56,369 nucleotides of DNA from Methanomassiliicoccales archaeon (GCA_028682915.1 JAJRAN010000135.1:1-56369), one strand, 5' to 3'. Numbered from the stretch's first letter, positions 1-9,359 are shown. Translations and numbers: made by a program. Notes: generated from the letters alone by a model not told the origin.

Positions 1-87
1 ATCGATGAGTACTGGTGCACCGAGAGAAATCTGAAGCGCCCTGGCACCAATGATGCGAGCCTTCTCGAACCTGGTGTACTTCTTCAT
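1..87 (-). CDS. rpoK: DNA-directed RNA polymerase subunit K (Rpo6), 5' part; runs off the window start
   Basis: Not in the ORF track. Manual translation from ATG at 87 gives [29 protein letters not shown], the Rpo6/RPB6 signature. BRE/TATA-like AAAAAGCTTATAA lies upstream (~131-143, minus strand). Confidence 0.95.
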   Translation of the reverse strand, partial: MKKYTRFEKARIIGARALQISLGAPVLID

Positions 88-211
88 ACAATCACCAATA
101 AAGGGGTAAAGCCCCTAATTAACGGGTCCCTTATAAGCTTTTTGTAGTGATGGCAAGGCTTCCTCCCGCCTCCCAGCATCCCGCCAGCATAATGCCGTGA
201 GGCACCGTCGC

Positions 212-703
212 TCATCTTCCCTGCAGCCTTTTCCTCGTATATGGGACCAGGCCTCCCTCGTCCAAGATGCGGATTAGGAAGTCGGGCAGTGGGGAGAACG
301 ACAGCCTCTCTCCGCTTGGCAACTGGATCCAGCCGCCATGAAGGTCGATCCCTATCTCCTCTCCAGGCGTTATCCTTGAGGCGGCGTTCGCACAGGTTAT
401 GACCGGCAGGCCGACGTTGATGGCATTGCGGTAGAAGATCCTGGCGAAGCTCCCGGCCACCACGGCCGAGACCCCGGCGTGCTTGAGGGCCAGGGGCGCC
501 TGCTCCCTGCTGGAGCCGCAGCCGAAGTTGCGTCCTGCCACCACGATGTCGCCCTTCGCCACCTTCCTGGGGAACTCCGGGTCGGCGTCCTCCATGACGT
601 GGGCGGCGAGGTTCTTGGAGCTGTAATCGTCCAGGTAACGGCCGGGAATGATCAGGTCGGTGTTGATGTGGTCCCCGAACACCCATGCCCTTCCCTTGAT
701 CAT
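212..703 (-). CDS. 3-isopropylmalate dehydratase/homoaconitase small subunit (LeuD/HacB family)
   Basis: FGDHINTDLIIP, GRNFGCGSSREQA and SFARIFYRNAIN motifs; overlaps the stop of the large-subunit gene. Confidence 0.93.
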   Translation of the reverse strand: MIKGRAWVFGDHINTDLIIPGRYLDDYSSKNLAAHVMEDADPEFPRKVAKGDIVVAGRNFGCGSSREQAPLALKHAGVSAVVAGSFARIFYRNAINVGLPVITCANAASRITPGEEIGIDLHGGWIQLPSGERLSFSPLPDFLIRILDEGGLVPYTRKRLQGR

Positions 704-1959
704 CGGTTCACCTCCCTGGGATCGGCTATCTCACCTTTCAAAGCGCTCGCGGCCACGGTGGCCGGCGAGGCGAGGTACACCTCAGCCTCCGGGGAACCCA
801 TCCTACCCTTGAAATTGCGGTTGGTGGTGGAGATGCATCTCTCCCCTGGTGCCAGCAACCCCTCGTGTGCCCCGAGGCAAGGACCGCACCCTGGGTTCAG
901 GATGACGGCCCCAGACCTAGCGAGGGAGGACAGGATGCCTCTCTCGGAGGCCTCGATGTAGATGTCTCTTGACGCTGGCGCGACGATCAGCCTGACCTGC
1001 TGGGATGCCTGCCTGCCCCGAAGCACCCGCTCCGCCTCGATGAGGTCCTCCAACCTGCCGTTGGTGCAGGAGCCGATGAAGGCCTGGTCGATAGGTATGC
1101 CGGCCGCCTCCTCCACAGCGACGACGTTATCCACTGAGTGGGGCTTGGCCACCTGCGGGCCGAGGCGGGACATGTCGAACTCCAGCATCTGGCGGACGGT
1201 GGCTCCTGGATCTGAAGCTATCTTGCGGTTCACCGCCTTGCCTCTCGCCAACAGGAACTCATCCGTCTTCGCATCGGGGAAGCAGACCCCTGCCTTGGCC
1301 CCCATCTCCACGCTCATATTGGAGAGGACCATGCGCCCGGCGATGGAGAGCGCGTCGACCACCTGCCCCACGAACTCCACGCATTGATAATCGGCGCCAT
1401 CGGCCCCTAGGTCACCGATGACCCTGAGGATGGCATCCTTGGCCGTTGTGCCCAAGGGCAGAGAGCCGCTCAACGATAGCCTTAACGTATCAGGCACCTT
1501 GAGCCAGAGCTCGCCGGTGGCCCATACCGAAGCCATCTCGGTGGCGCCTATGCCGGTCGAGAACGCCCCCAGAGCGCCATAGGTCGTGGTGTGCGAGTCG
1601 GTCCCAACTATGAGCATCCCGGGTAAAACGTGTCCCTTCTCCGGTAGCACCTGATGGCAAACGCCGGCTCGGAGATCATAGAAATTCGATATGCTGGAGG
1701 CTTTCGCGAACTCCCGCACCGCCTTGTGGCCCTCCGCTGCCTTCACGGTGTTGGCTGGCACTCGGTGGTCGAAGAGCATGACGACCTTGCTCCGGTCCCA
1801 GATCTCCTTTCCTCCCATCTCCTGGAAGGCCTTCAGCACCAAGGCCGAATTCTCGTGCGACATGGCCAGGTCGATCCTGGCGGTGACTATGTCCCCCGTC
1901 GACGCCTCCTTCCCGCTAGCATGGGAAAGGACCTTTTCAGCGAAGGTCTTGGCAGCCAT
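700..1959 (-). CDS. 3-isopropylmalate dehydratase/homoaconitase large subunit (LeuC/HacA family)
   Basis: GVCHQV, DSHTTTYG, GSCTNGR, GCGPCLG and STTNRNFKGRMG aconitase-family motifs. Confidence 0.95.
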   Translation of the reverse strand: MAAKTFAEKVLSHASGKEASTGDIVTARIDLAMSHENSALVLKAFQEMGGKEIWDRSKVVMLFDHRVPANTVKAAEGHKAVREFAKASSISNFYDLRAGVCHQVLPEKGHVLPGMLIVGTDSHTTTYGALGAFSTGIGATEMASVWATGELWLKVPDTLRLSLSGSLPLGTTAKDAILRVIGDLGADGADYQCVEFVGQVVDALSIAGRMVLSNMSVEMGAKAGVCFPDAKTDEFLLARGKAVNRKIASDPGATVRQMLEFDMSRLGPQVAKPHSVDNVVAVEEAAGIPIDQAFIGSCTNGRLEDLIEAERVLRGRQASQQVRLIVAPASRDIYIEASERGILSSLARSGAVILNPGCGPCLGAHEGLLAPGERCISTTNRNFKGRMGSPEAEVYLASPATVAASALKGEIADPREVNR

Positions 1960-2023
1960 CAAGGTGAGCGAACAAGGGTGCTGATTAATAACGGTGTTGG
2001 TCGTAGGCGTGACAGTGCTGGCA

Positions 2024-2428
2024 CTATCGTTTGTCCCGGAGCATGCCGCTGAGGCGTTGGAACAGGATCTTCCAGGTCAAGTAGCCAATCACCTTCCCGT
2101 CCTTGTCCACCACCGGAAGGTGCCTGATGTTCTTACTGGCCATAAGGTCCAATGCCGCTTCCAGCGTGGTCGAAGGGGGCACGGTGATGACCGGGCTGGT
2201 CATCACTCTTTCCACCGTCAGATAGAGGAACCTCGACTGGGCCTCGAGATAATGGCGCAGGAGGTCCCGCTCCGTGAATATCCCCACCAACCTTCCCGAC
2301 CTATCGACAACCAGGACGCTGCCGACCTCCCTCTCCACCATGAGCTCGATGGCACTGATCACCGCGTCCTGAGGATCCACCATTTCCTTCTTGGAGGTCA
2401 TCAGATCGCGTACGGTTTGACCGCTCAT
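2024..2428 (-). CDS. CBS domain pair protein
   Basis: Two CBS repeats (VRDLMT...GSVLVVD...LVGIFTERD; VERVMT...IRHLPVVD...VIG). Confidence 0.9.
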   Translation of the reverse strand: MSGQTVRDLMTSKKEMVDPQDAVISAIELMVEREVGSVLVVDRSGRLVGIFTERDLLRHYLEAQSRFLYLTVERVMTSPVITVPPSTTLEAALDLMASKNIRHLPVVDKDGKVIGYLTWKILFQRLSGMLRDKR

Positions 2429-2467
2429 GTCGCAGTATGTTTGGAAGCTCGACCCATATAATGATGT

Positions 2468-3823
2468 TTAGGACCACCTCTCGATGTAGGATTCGACGTC
2501 GAACTTCGACTTGGCGCCCCCGTAGCTCATGAAGCGGACCTTGCCGAACACCTTGCGGGAAGGCCAGGCCCGGTCGTGCACCCCTCCGATCGACCATGCT
2601 ATTCCCGTATACCCGTTGGGGTCCCGTCCATCGAGCTCGTAGCGGTCGTTGAGCATGATGGCCGTGCGCATCGCTTCCTCCGGGGTCTCGGACCACTCGA
2701 GTATCTTCTTGGCCCAGTACATGCGCATGTATCCATGCATCTTGCCTCGACTGACCATCTCCCTCTGGGCGGCATTCCATAATCGGTCGTGCGTCCTGGC
2801 CTCCTCGAATTCCCGCGCCGTATAGATATAATCGCGCTCATCGTAGCGATGCTGGTCCAAAGTGACCTTCGACCATTCCGGGAACCCCGAAACGGAATCG
2901 TAATCAGGGACATGGAGGCAGAAGTTGTCGGAGAGCTCCCTGCGCACTACCAATTCCTCAAGGAATGCCTTCTTCGAAGTTTCTGGTGCCTCGGACCTGG
3001 TGACCTCCCAGGCGACCCGCAACGCAGATATTTGGCCGAAGTGAAGGTAGGGCGAGAGGTCGGATTGGCCTTCCCGGGTCGGGTCGTTGCGTCGCTCTGG
3101 GTAGCCTGATAGGCCGTGGGTCAGGAACGCCTTGAGCCTCTTCTTCGCCGCCTTCCCTCCTGGTTCTATCCAGGTTATCAGGTCTCCAAGATCCTCGGCT
3201 TGAACGGAGGATCTGGCCTTCTTCCAATCGACAGGCTGGGCTTCTTTCCAAGTGGCCTTTGGCATTTTGATCGGTGGCGGTCGACGGAGGTAGGAGGGGA
3301 ACAGGGCGTTGATCTTCCTCCGCAGGGTCGCCGCCCCCCATTCCCTTTTATTAGAGGCGAACCGGCAGGGCACGATGTTGTGCGCGTCCACCTCATAGAC
3401 TGTGACATCGATCTCCCGAATTGCTCTTTCCTTCCAGGCCTGCTTCGCCCGCAGCGGGTCGAAATCGGTCACCAGGGCCGCCGGGTTCACCTCACTGATC
3501 AGATCTGGGACGGTCTTCTCTGGCTCCCCGACAAGGAGGCGAAATCCCATTCCCTTCCCGGTCAGCTCCCGCTCCACCTCTGTCAGCCCATCGAGCATGA
3601 AGTCATAGTGCCGCCTTGCCGCCCCGATGAACTTCGGGGCCAGGGCGAAGAAGACGAGCACGGGCAGCCCGAGCCGGTCGGCGATTTCCGAGGCGAAGGT
3701 CAGGGCTTGGTTGTCTTCGCAGCGTTGCTCTCGGCTCATCCAGTAGCAGACGCACTCACCTTCATCACCTCCTTTGCGCAGCACCAGCGCCCTGTTCGCC
3801 AAGTCGATTGCGCTCATCGTCAT
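2468..3823 (-). CDS. phr: Class II CPD photolyase
   Basis: YWMSREQR.EDN, VDAHNIVP, SDLSPYLHFGQIS, RRELSDNF, HGYMRMYWAKKI and LDGRDPNGY class II motifs. Start ambiguous (3832/3823/3817). Confidence 0.95.
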   Translation of the reverse strand: MTMSAIDLANRALVLRKGGDEGECVCYWMSREQRCEDNQALTFASEIADRLGLPVLVFFALAPKFIGAARRHYDFMLDGLTEVERELTGKGMGFRLLVGEPEKTVPDLISEVNPAALVTDFDPLRAKQAWKERAIREIDVTVYEVDAHNIVPCRFASNKREWGAATLRRKINALFPSYLRRPPPIKMPKATWKEAQPVDWKKARSSVQAEDLGDLITWIEPGGKAAKKRLKAFLTHGLSGYPERRNDPTREGQSDLSPYLHFGQISALRVAWEVTRSEAPETSKKAFLEELVVRRELSDNFCLHVPDYDSVSGFPEWSKVTLDQHRYDERDYIYTAREFEEARTHDRLWNAAQREMVSRGKMHGYMRMYWAKKILEWSETPEEAMRTAIMLNDRYELDGRDPNGYTGIAWSIGGVHDRAWPSRKVFGKVRFMSYGGAKSKFDVESYIERWS

Positions 3824-3862
3824 CGGATGCATGATAAAGGAACTAAATGCTTCCGCTCATTC

Positions 3863-4615
3863 TCACAAGGGAACGGACCACCTGACTTCACTCCTCAGCG
3901 CAAGAAGCCTAGAATCCAGCATCAAGGCAATAGCGGACAGAGGTAGAGAGAATAGGACGATCAGAGGCTCATCGAGCGTAAACCCGACCATTATCACAAA
4001 CATAGCCGCCCCCAAGGAAAAGGGAAGGAGCAGGTGAGCGTGCCTCCTCTCGCTGCGCTCGAGCTCCATGACCCTCCTTCTATCTGGCTTCGGGTCAGAG
4101 AGCACGGCGAAGGCCATGGCCGAGGAGAGCATGCACGCTTGGTGCATTGCCGAGCTGGTCCTTCTCTTGGGGGAGAGGGACCGAAGGCAGAGTTCAACGA
4201 ACAAAGGGGATGCGACCGCTGCCATTTCGCCCAACTGGATCGCTTCGAGTGATGCGGTCTCGCGCCCGATCTCCCCCTCCCGCTGATCGTGGAACCAGCC
4301 AAATGGGCCGACCGCGAGGCTCCGGTCCTGGATATAATGAAGGGCGCGGCCCAAGCACCACATGGCGTCCGCCTCCCGGCCTTCAAGGTGGGCGACCCTC
4401 GCCTTCCAGAGCATGCCCTTGATGAATCGTCTGGTCGCTCGGTGATGCCTCATCCGGCGACGATGGAGAAGGCCTCGCCCGTCCCTAATCATTACCTTGT
4501 CGCCCTCTCGGTCGGGCTGGATCGAGCCCTGTCGCAGTGCGTTCCTGAGCTCGTTTGGAAGGCCCAGCTGGTCGCTCAAGGCGCTAGCGATCTCCAGATG
4601 GCTCTTCCACTTCAT
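3863..4615 (-). CDS. Zn-dependent phospholipase C / P1-S1 nuclease-like protein with C-terminal transmembrane hairpin
   Basis: Ligand pattern W3..H6, PD, HH, LGRALHYIQD, H...E; two hydrophobic segments near the C-terminus. Confidence 0.6.
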   Translation of the reverse strand: MKWKSHLEIASALSDQLGLPNELRNALRQGSIQPDREGDKVMIRDGRGLLHRRRMRHHRATRRFIKGMLWKARVAHLEGREADAMWCLGRALHYIQDRSLAVGPFGWFHDQREGEIGRETASLEAIQLGEMAAVASPLFVELCLRSLSPKRRTSSAMHQACMLSSAMAFAVLSDPKPDRRRVMELERSERRHAHLLLPFSLGAAMFVIMVGFTLDEPLIVLFSLPLSAIALMLDSRLLALRSEVRWSVPL

Positions 4616-4667
4616 CCCGTCCCCTGGAAGTGTATATGATGAAATATATAAAAATAATATGTTGCAC

Positions 4668-5237
4668 CTAATCCGTTGCCTCGTCCCGGGTCGGTGCCTT
4701 GCTGCCGTCTGAGGGCGAGGCCTTCTGCTTGGGAGCCCTCAGCCGCCGCCAGCCGATATAAATCATGATGGCTGAGACGCTCAAGAGGACGACGCCGAGT
4801 ATTATCAGCTCGGGGCTGGCCCAATTCTCGCCGAAGAGCCTGTTCGCCCCTTCGGAGGGGTCTCCGCTGCTCATCTCCGACCCTCCGGACATGTATGTGG
4901 AGGCAGGAAGCCCGATGAGGATGGCGGCGATGGCGCCCACGACCATCAATAGCGTGAGGGAGAAGACTATTACGATCTTGGTGTTCTCTCCGGGCGAGAC
5001 GACGTCCCGGGCCTTCCAGGATAGCCCATAGTAGACGAAGCCGTGGTCCTCGAACCGGGTCACCAGCTCCCCCTCCTCGAGCTTCTTCAGGTGCCTGTGC
5101 ACCGCGGCCTTGTCTATCCCCAATTGGTCCGCGAGCTGCGCCACCGTCCTGCGCTGGGGATGCAAAGCCTTCAGTATCTCCATGCGGCTGTCCGAGGCCA
5201 GGGCGAAAAGGGCCTTCTTATCCAGCTCGACCTTCAT
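4668..5237 (-). CDS. Membrane-anchored ArsR-type winged-HTH transcriptional regulator
   Basis: N-terminal ALASDSRMEILKAL...TVAQLADQLGIDKAAVHRHLKKLEEGELV HTH, followed by two TM helices. ATG at 5237 preferred over the ORF-track start. Confidence 0.85.
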   Translation of the reverse strand: MKVELDKKALFALASDSRMEILKALHPQRRTVAQLADQLGIDKAAVHRHLKKLEEGELVTRFEDHGFVYYGLSWKARDVVSPGENTKIVIVFSLTLLMVVGAIAAILIGLPASTYMSGGSEMSSGDPSEGANRLFGENWASPELIILGVVLLSVSAIMIYIGWRRLRAPKQKASPSDGSKAPTRDEATD

Positions 5238-5302
5238 CTTGCTTTCCCTGTCGTATGGATAGGAGGACGGGGTGCTTAACCCCTTGTCCGCCTCTGCTCC
5301 AA

Positions 5303-7183
5303 TCATCTCACTGCTCCGATCGCCGCCACCTCGCCCTCGGCCATTAGCATCGGAAGGTAGCCATAGTCACGTTCCTTGTAGACCAGCCTTCCATGCTCGC
5401 TTAGATCGAGGAGCGAGTTGACATAGACGGTGGTATCGGAGATGGTGTAGAGCCAGTCTCCGATGAACTGGGCGCGCATCACGTACTCGCCAGGCCCAGG
5501 CTGGACCTTCCCCTTGAGCTCGATCGCCGTATCAGTGATGGTGAAGACATAAGCCCCCGAGGTGCAGTTATAGGTGCTTTGGTCCCACGAAGAGACGGGG
5601 ATGATCAGGCTCCCAGTTACCGGATCGTAGGTGACGGCCTTGTGGTCCCAAAGTGCCTCAGAGTACGACCAGCCAGGGATGACCAGGTTGTCAAGCTCGG
5701 TCGGGAGAGATGGGTCGGAGACGTCGAAGAGCGAGACCTTCAGCGAGCTGTTCTCCATGCCTATGCCGACCAATAGACCGTCCGCGATGGGGTGCAGGTA
5801 GGAGGAATAGCCAGGCACCTTCAGTTCTCCTTGCACCTTAGGTGCGGAGGGGTCGCTGAGGTCGATCACGAACAGGGGGTCGACCTGCCTGAAGGTGACC
5901 AGGTATAGCGTGTCACCGGAGAAGCGGCAGGAGAAGATGCGCTCACCTGGAGCCAGGTCCTCGAGCGCCCCTATGATGGCCAGGCCCTCGTCGAGGACGT
6001 AGACCGCGTTGCGCTGGTTGTCCCAGCTGAAGGTAGTGGCCACCCGGAGAAGGCCATTGTCCTCGTCCATGGAGAACTGGTTGATCAGATAGCCGGGGAC
6101 CACCCCGCGCGATCTCGCCTCCACGTGCAACCCGTCCAAGCCTATCTTGTAAATGGTGGTCGTGGTGGTGTCTGAGCTGACCGCGACCGCATCCAACGTA
6201 TTCGTCCCCCGTGAGTCATTGAAGACCGTATCAGCAGCGCCACCGTTCCATTGCTGGAAGGTCAGGTACATCGCCTCTGAGGAGACGTAGATGTTGGATG
6301 CGTACCCGGTAAGGATGGAGGTCAGGTTGCTCTCCATGCTCGCCACGTCCAAGGCCATGATGTTGAGGAAGGATGCGGGGTCCTTGCAGCCTGGATCATA
6401 ATGGACATCGGTGACGGGAATGGCATCGGACTCGTTACCCTGCCATTCCTTGGGAAGGGAGACCACAGAATCATATGTCCAGAGGAAATGCTGAGTGACC
6501 AGGTACACGACGCCGTCGCTCATTCGGCTGGTTACGCCATAACCGGAGGTCCCGACGGTCCCGACCAACGAGGCTCCCCCGTTTCCGTCCAAGGAAAAGA
6601 CGGCTATGACAGTCCTCTCTTCTGGCATCCGCCAAATGGCTGGGGCATAGATTCCATAGGCATCATCGCCGGTAGAATTGTAAGGAAGGTAAGGTCCGCT
6701 TACCGAGACCACAGCCACCATCCTGCCATCATCGAGGTATATGCCCTGTATCCATGCCGAATAACCCTCCCCTAGGCCTAGAACCTCGATAATATCGATG
6801 ACCGTAGCGTTGGCCAACTCGTCAGCGGGATAGGCTTTGACGATGGAGATGCTAGCGCCTGAAGCGATGTAGAGGAACGCCCCGTCCGTCTTCACGCTGT
6901 CGGCCTCGTCCACTCCTTCGACCTGGATGTTGGTGGTCGAGTGGCGAACTGAATCCGCCCCGGCGGCATTTCCGCTCATCGCCTCTGTGAAATAGTCCTG
7001 CCAGATATCGTTCCCTTGGGACTGGTGCACGAAATCCTGAAGCTGAGCGTTGGTCCTGAAGGTAGGCAGGAGGCCGGTGGTATCCTGGTCCTGCAGATCA
7101 GAGAGGACGATGAACCCCCCGGAAAGCAACAGACCGAAGGCGATCAAGATCGCAATGATGGCTGAGTCTCGTCTTCCGTTCAT
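5303..7183 (-). CDS. Secreted/anchored beta-propeller domain protein (Beta_propel, COG4880-like)
   Basis: N-terminal signal/anchor; STTNIQVEGVDEADSVKTDG, NQFSMDE, LRVATT, APGERI, YLVTFRQVDPLFVIDLSDP and GELKVPGYSSYLHP family motifs. Confidence 0.9.
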   Translation of the reverse strand: MNGRRDSAIIAILIAFGLLLSGGFIVLSDLQDQDTTGLLPTFRTNAQLQDFVHQSQGNDIWQDYFTEAMSGNAAGADSVRHSTTNIQVEGVDEADSVKTDGAFLYIASGASISIVKAYPADELANATVIDIIEVLGLGEGYSAWIQGIYLDDGRMVAVVSVSGPYLPYNSTGDDAYGIYAPAIWRMPEERTVIAVFSLDGNGGASLVGTVGTSGYGVTSRMSDGVVYLVTQHFLWTYDSVVSLPKEWQGNESDAIPVTDVHYDPGCKDPASFLNIMALDVASMESNLTSILTGYASNIYVSSEAMYLTFQQWNGGAADTVFNDSRGTNTLDAVAVSSDTTTTTIYKIGLDGLHVEARSRGVVPGYLINQFSMDEDNGLLRVATTFSWDNQRNAVYVLDEGLAIIGALEDLAPGERIFSCRFSGDTLYLVTFRQVDPLFVIDLSDPSAPKVQGELKVPGYSSYLHPIADGLLVGIGMENSSLKVSLFDVSDPSLPTELDNLVIPGWSYSEALWDHKAVTYDPVTGSLIIPVSSWDQSTYNCTSGAYVFTITDTAIELKGKVQPGPGEYVMRAQFIGDWLYTISDTTVYVNSLLDLSEHGRLVYKERDYGYLPMLMAEGEVAAIGAVR

Positions 7184-7230
7184 GCCTTATCGGGCTTAGA
7201 TTCGGTAAGGAGGTATACTTACCCCCTCCT

Positions 7231-7254
7231 GCCGTTGACTTTTCCGTCAACGGC
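7231..7254. promoter_or_regulatory. Perfect inverted repeat GCCGTTGAC-N6-GTCAACGGC; candidate operator between divergent genes
   Basis: 9-bp arms at 7231-7239 and 7246-7254 in the intergenic gap between the beta-propeller gene and the membrane-protein gene. Confidence 0.55.
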
Positions 7255-7304
7255 CTCCCAAAATGCTAATGAAGGTGAGCCACGCATCATTGAATCGAAA
7301 GCGC

Positions 7305-7670
7305 ATGTCCGAGGAAGGGAGTGGCGGCAGCCGCATGGGGTTGGCCTTTGGCTATCTGATAATTTGCGCGGCCATAGCGATATTGGTGTCCTGGTACCTT
7401 GACGTGTGGTGGTATTTCTTCCCCATCATGATGATCGCGGGTGGGGCCTATCTTCTCGCGATAGGCTTCCTGGCTTCAAGGGCGTCTGCTTCCAAGGGAG
7501 GGCCTTTGTTCATCTACCTCATCCTTTGGGGAGGCGCCCTGCTCATCCTGGGCCTGGAATGGATCCTGAACGACCTCTATCCCGGAAACCTGATCTTCCT
7601 GGTAGTGGTTTTCATGGTGTTCATCGGGGCCGTGGCGCTCCTGGGATATCTCATACGAAGGCGGAGCTGA
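7305..7670 (+). CDS. Small 4-TM membrane protein, unknown function
   Basis: Four hydrophobic segments and a basic C-terminal IRRRS; start 7305 preferred over 7263. Confidence 0.75.
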   Translation: MSEEGSGGSRMGLAFGYLIICAAIAILVSWYLDVWWYFFPIMMIAGGAYLLAIGFLASRASASKGGPLFIYLILWGGALLILGLEWILNDLYPGNLIFLVVVFMVFIGAVALLGYLIRRRS

Positions 7671-7756
7671 GCGGCGCTTCCCGGGCCTTAGACCGTTTTT
7701 CCCAACCTCTAAATAATGGGAAACGGTCATCGGGGCTTAGGAACCGGAGGATACCA

Positions 7757-8296
7757 ATGCACGCGATGACAGAGCAATTCATGCACAACGCGTTCGCCGG
7801 CGAGTCCATGGCCCACATGAGGTACATGGTCTACGCAGAGGCAGCGGAGAAGGAAGGGTTCAAGAACGTGGCCAGGCTTTTCCGCGCCGTGGCCTTCGCC
7901 GAGGAGATCCATGCCACTGGACATATGAGGCGCGCCCCGAACAAATTGGGCGCGGTGGCCGCTGAGGCCCCTTTTGGAGTGGGGAAGACGGCCGACAACT
8001 TGGCCAACGCGGTGGCGGGGGAGACCTACGAGATCGAGGAGATGTACCCGGTCTTCATGGAGACGGCGAAGTTCCAAGGCGAGAAGCTTGCCCTCACGTC
8101 CTTCGATTGGGCCTACAAGGCCGAGGTGGTGCACCAGAAGATGTACATCGAGGCCAAGGGCCTGGTGGACAAGGGGAAGGACTGGCGCGACGCCAAGGTG
8201 CATATCTGCTCCACCTGCGGCTGGACCGTGGAAGGGGATGCCCCGGACGTCTGCCCCGTGTGCGGCGCGAAGAAGGCGGGCTTCAGGCAGTTCTGA
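7757..8296 (+). CDS. rbr: Rubrerythrin
   Basis: AFAGESMA..RY, EEIHA, GETYE, AEVVH di-iron motifs plus C-terminal CSTCG...CPVCG; SD GGAGG at 7746-7750 before ATG 7757. Confidence 0.93.
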   Translation: MHAMTEQFMHNAFAGESMAHMRYMVYAEAAEKEGFKNVARLFRAVAFAEEIHATGHMRRAPNKLGAVAAEAPFGVGKTADNLANAVAGETYEIEEMYPVFMETAKFQGEKLALTSFDWAYKAEVVHQKMYIEAKGLVDKGKDWRDAKVHICSTCGWTVEGDAPDVCPVCGAKKAGFRQF

Positions 8297-8438
8297 CGTC
8301 GATGCTTCCACCCAAACGCCTTATATCGAATCCCTTACCTCTTTTCTTGCTTCATGGGCTGAGCCCTAACGCTCGACCTACGTAACAAGAATGCGAACCC
8401 TTATCCTACGATATCGAATGCTACGTTGAGCGATTAAG

Positions 8439-9359
8439 ATGAGAGATGGACGAGAATTAAGGAAGCTGGTCGAGAGCAAGCGCTTCCTCTTCTTCGGAGG
8501 CAAGGGCGGAGTGGGCAAGACCACCATGGCCGCCGGCACAGCGCTTTGGCTGGCGGACCAGGGATACAATACCCTGATCATCGCCACCGACCCGACAATA
8601 TCGCTCTCCGCCACCTTCGAGCAGCCGATTAGCGAGACGGAGGTCACCCCCATAAAATGCTCCTGCAAGCTCAGCGGGCTGAACATCAACCCCAAGAAGG
8701 CCATGGGCGTGTTCCAGAGCAGGATGACCGGGATGCTGGAGGGTTTCTCGACGCTATTCGGCAGCGAGCTTCTATCGACGCCGTGCACCGAGGAGATCGC
8801 CGCCTTCGATCAGTTCGTGTCGTACATGCAGGACACGGAGCACGACAAGCTGGTGTTCGACACCGCCCCGACAGGTCATTCCCTCAGGGAGCTGAGCATG
8901 CCCTTCGACTGGTCCGGCTATGTATCCAACCAGATCAAGCACCGCCGCGAGCTCTCGGAGGCTTTGGGGTTCGTCTATGATGAGGGAATGATCGAGGACC
9001 TCAAGCTGGAGAAGGAGCGCTATGACAACGCCGTCAAGGGCTTGGCGGACGACACGGTATCTGCTTTCACCATGGTCACTTTGCCAGAGAAGCTTCCGAT
9101 AGAGGAGTCGGCCCGTGCGGTCGAGGACCTGGCCACGTTCGGGATCAAGGTCCCCTCCATGATCGTCAATGAGGTGATACCCCGCAAGGTCCTCGAGGGC
9201 AATTGGTTCTTGGAGAGGAGGAGGGCCACGCAGGATAGATATCTGCTGGAGATAGAGGATAGGTTCAAGAGCCTAATCATCAAGGAGGTCCCGCTCTTGG
9301 AGACCGATGTGTATGGTGTCGAGAACCTGCGCAAGATAGGGGGCCACCTCTATGACTGA
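8439..9359 (+). CDS. ArsA/GET3-family ATPase, single-domain form
   Basis: GGKGGVGKTT deviant Walker A, TDP, DTAPTGH signature, TLPEKLPIEE, IVNEV. Confidence 0.9.
   Translation: MRDGRELRKLVESKRFLFFGGKGGVGKTTMAAGTALWLADQGYNTLIIATDPTISLSATFEQPISETEVTPIKCSCKLSGLNINPKKAMGVFQSRMTGMLEGFSTLFGSELLSTPCTEEIAAFDQFVSYMQDTEHDKLVFDTAPTGHSLRELSMPFDWSGYVSNQIKHRRELSEALGFVYDEGMIEDLKLEKERYDNAVKGLADDTVSAFTMVTLPEKLPIEESARAVEDLATFGIKVPSMIVNEVIPRKVLEGNWFLERRRATQDRYLLEIEDRFKSLIIKEVPLLETDVYGVENLRKIGGHLYD

Noticed and set aside
7406..7756. ORF-track N-terminal extensions (rubrerythrin; also permease 22953, TraB 26373, gatE 32518, pyrF 54493, pcm 27878)
   Set aside because: They overlap neighbouring genes or promoters; family homology begins at the downstream ATG.
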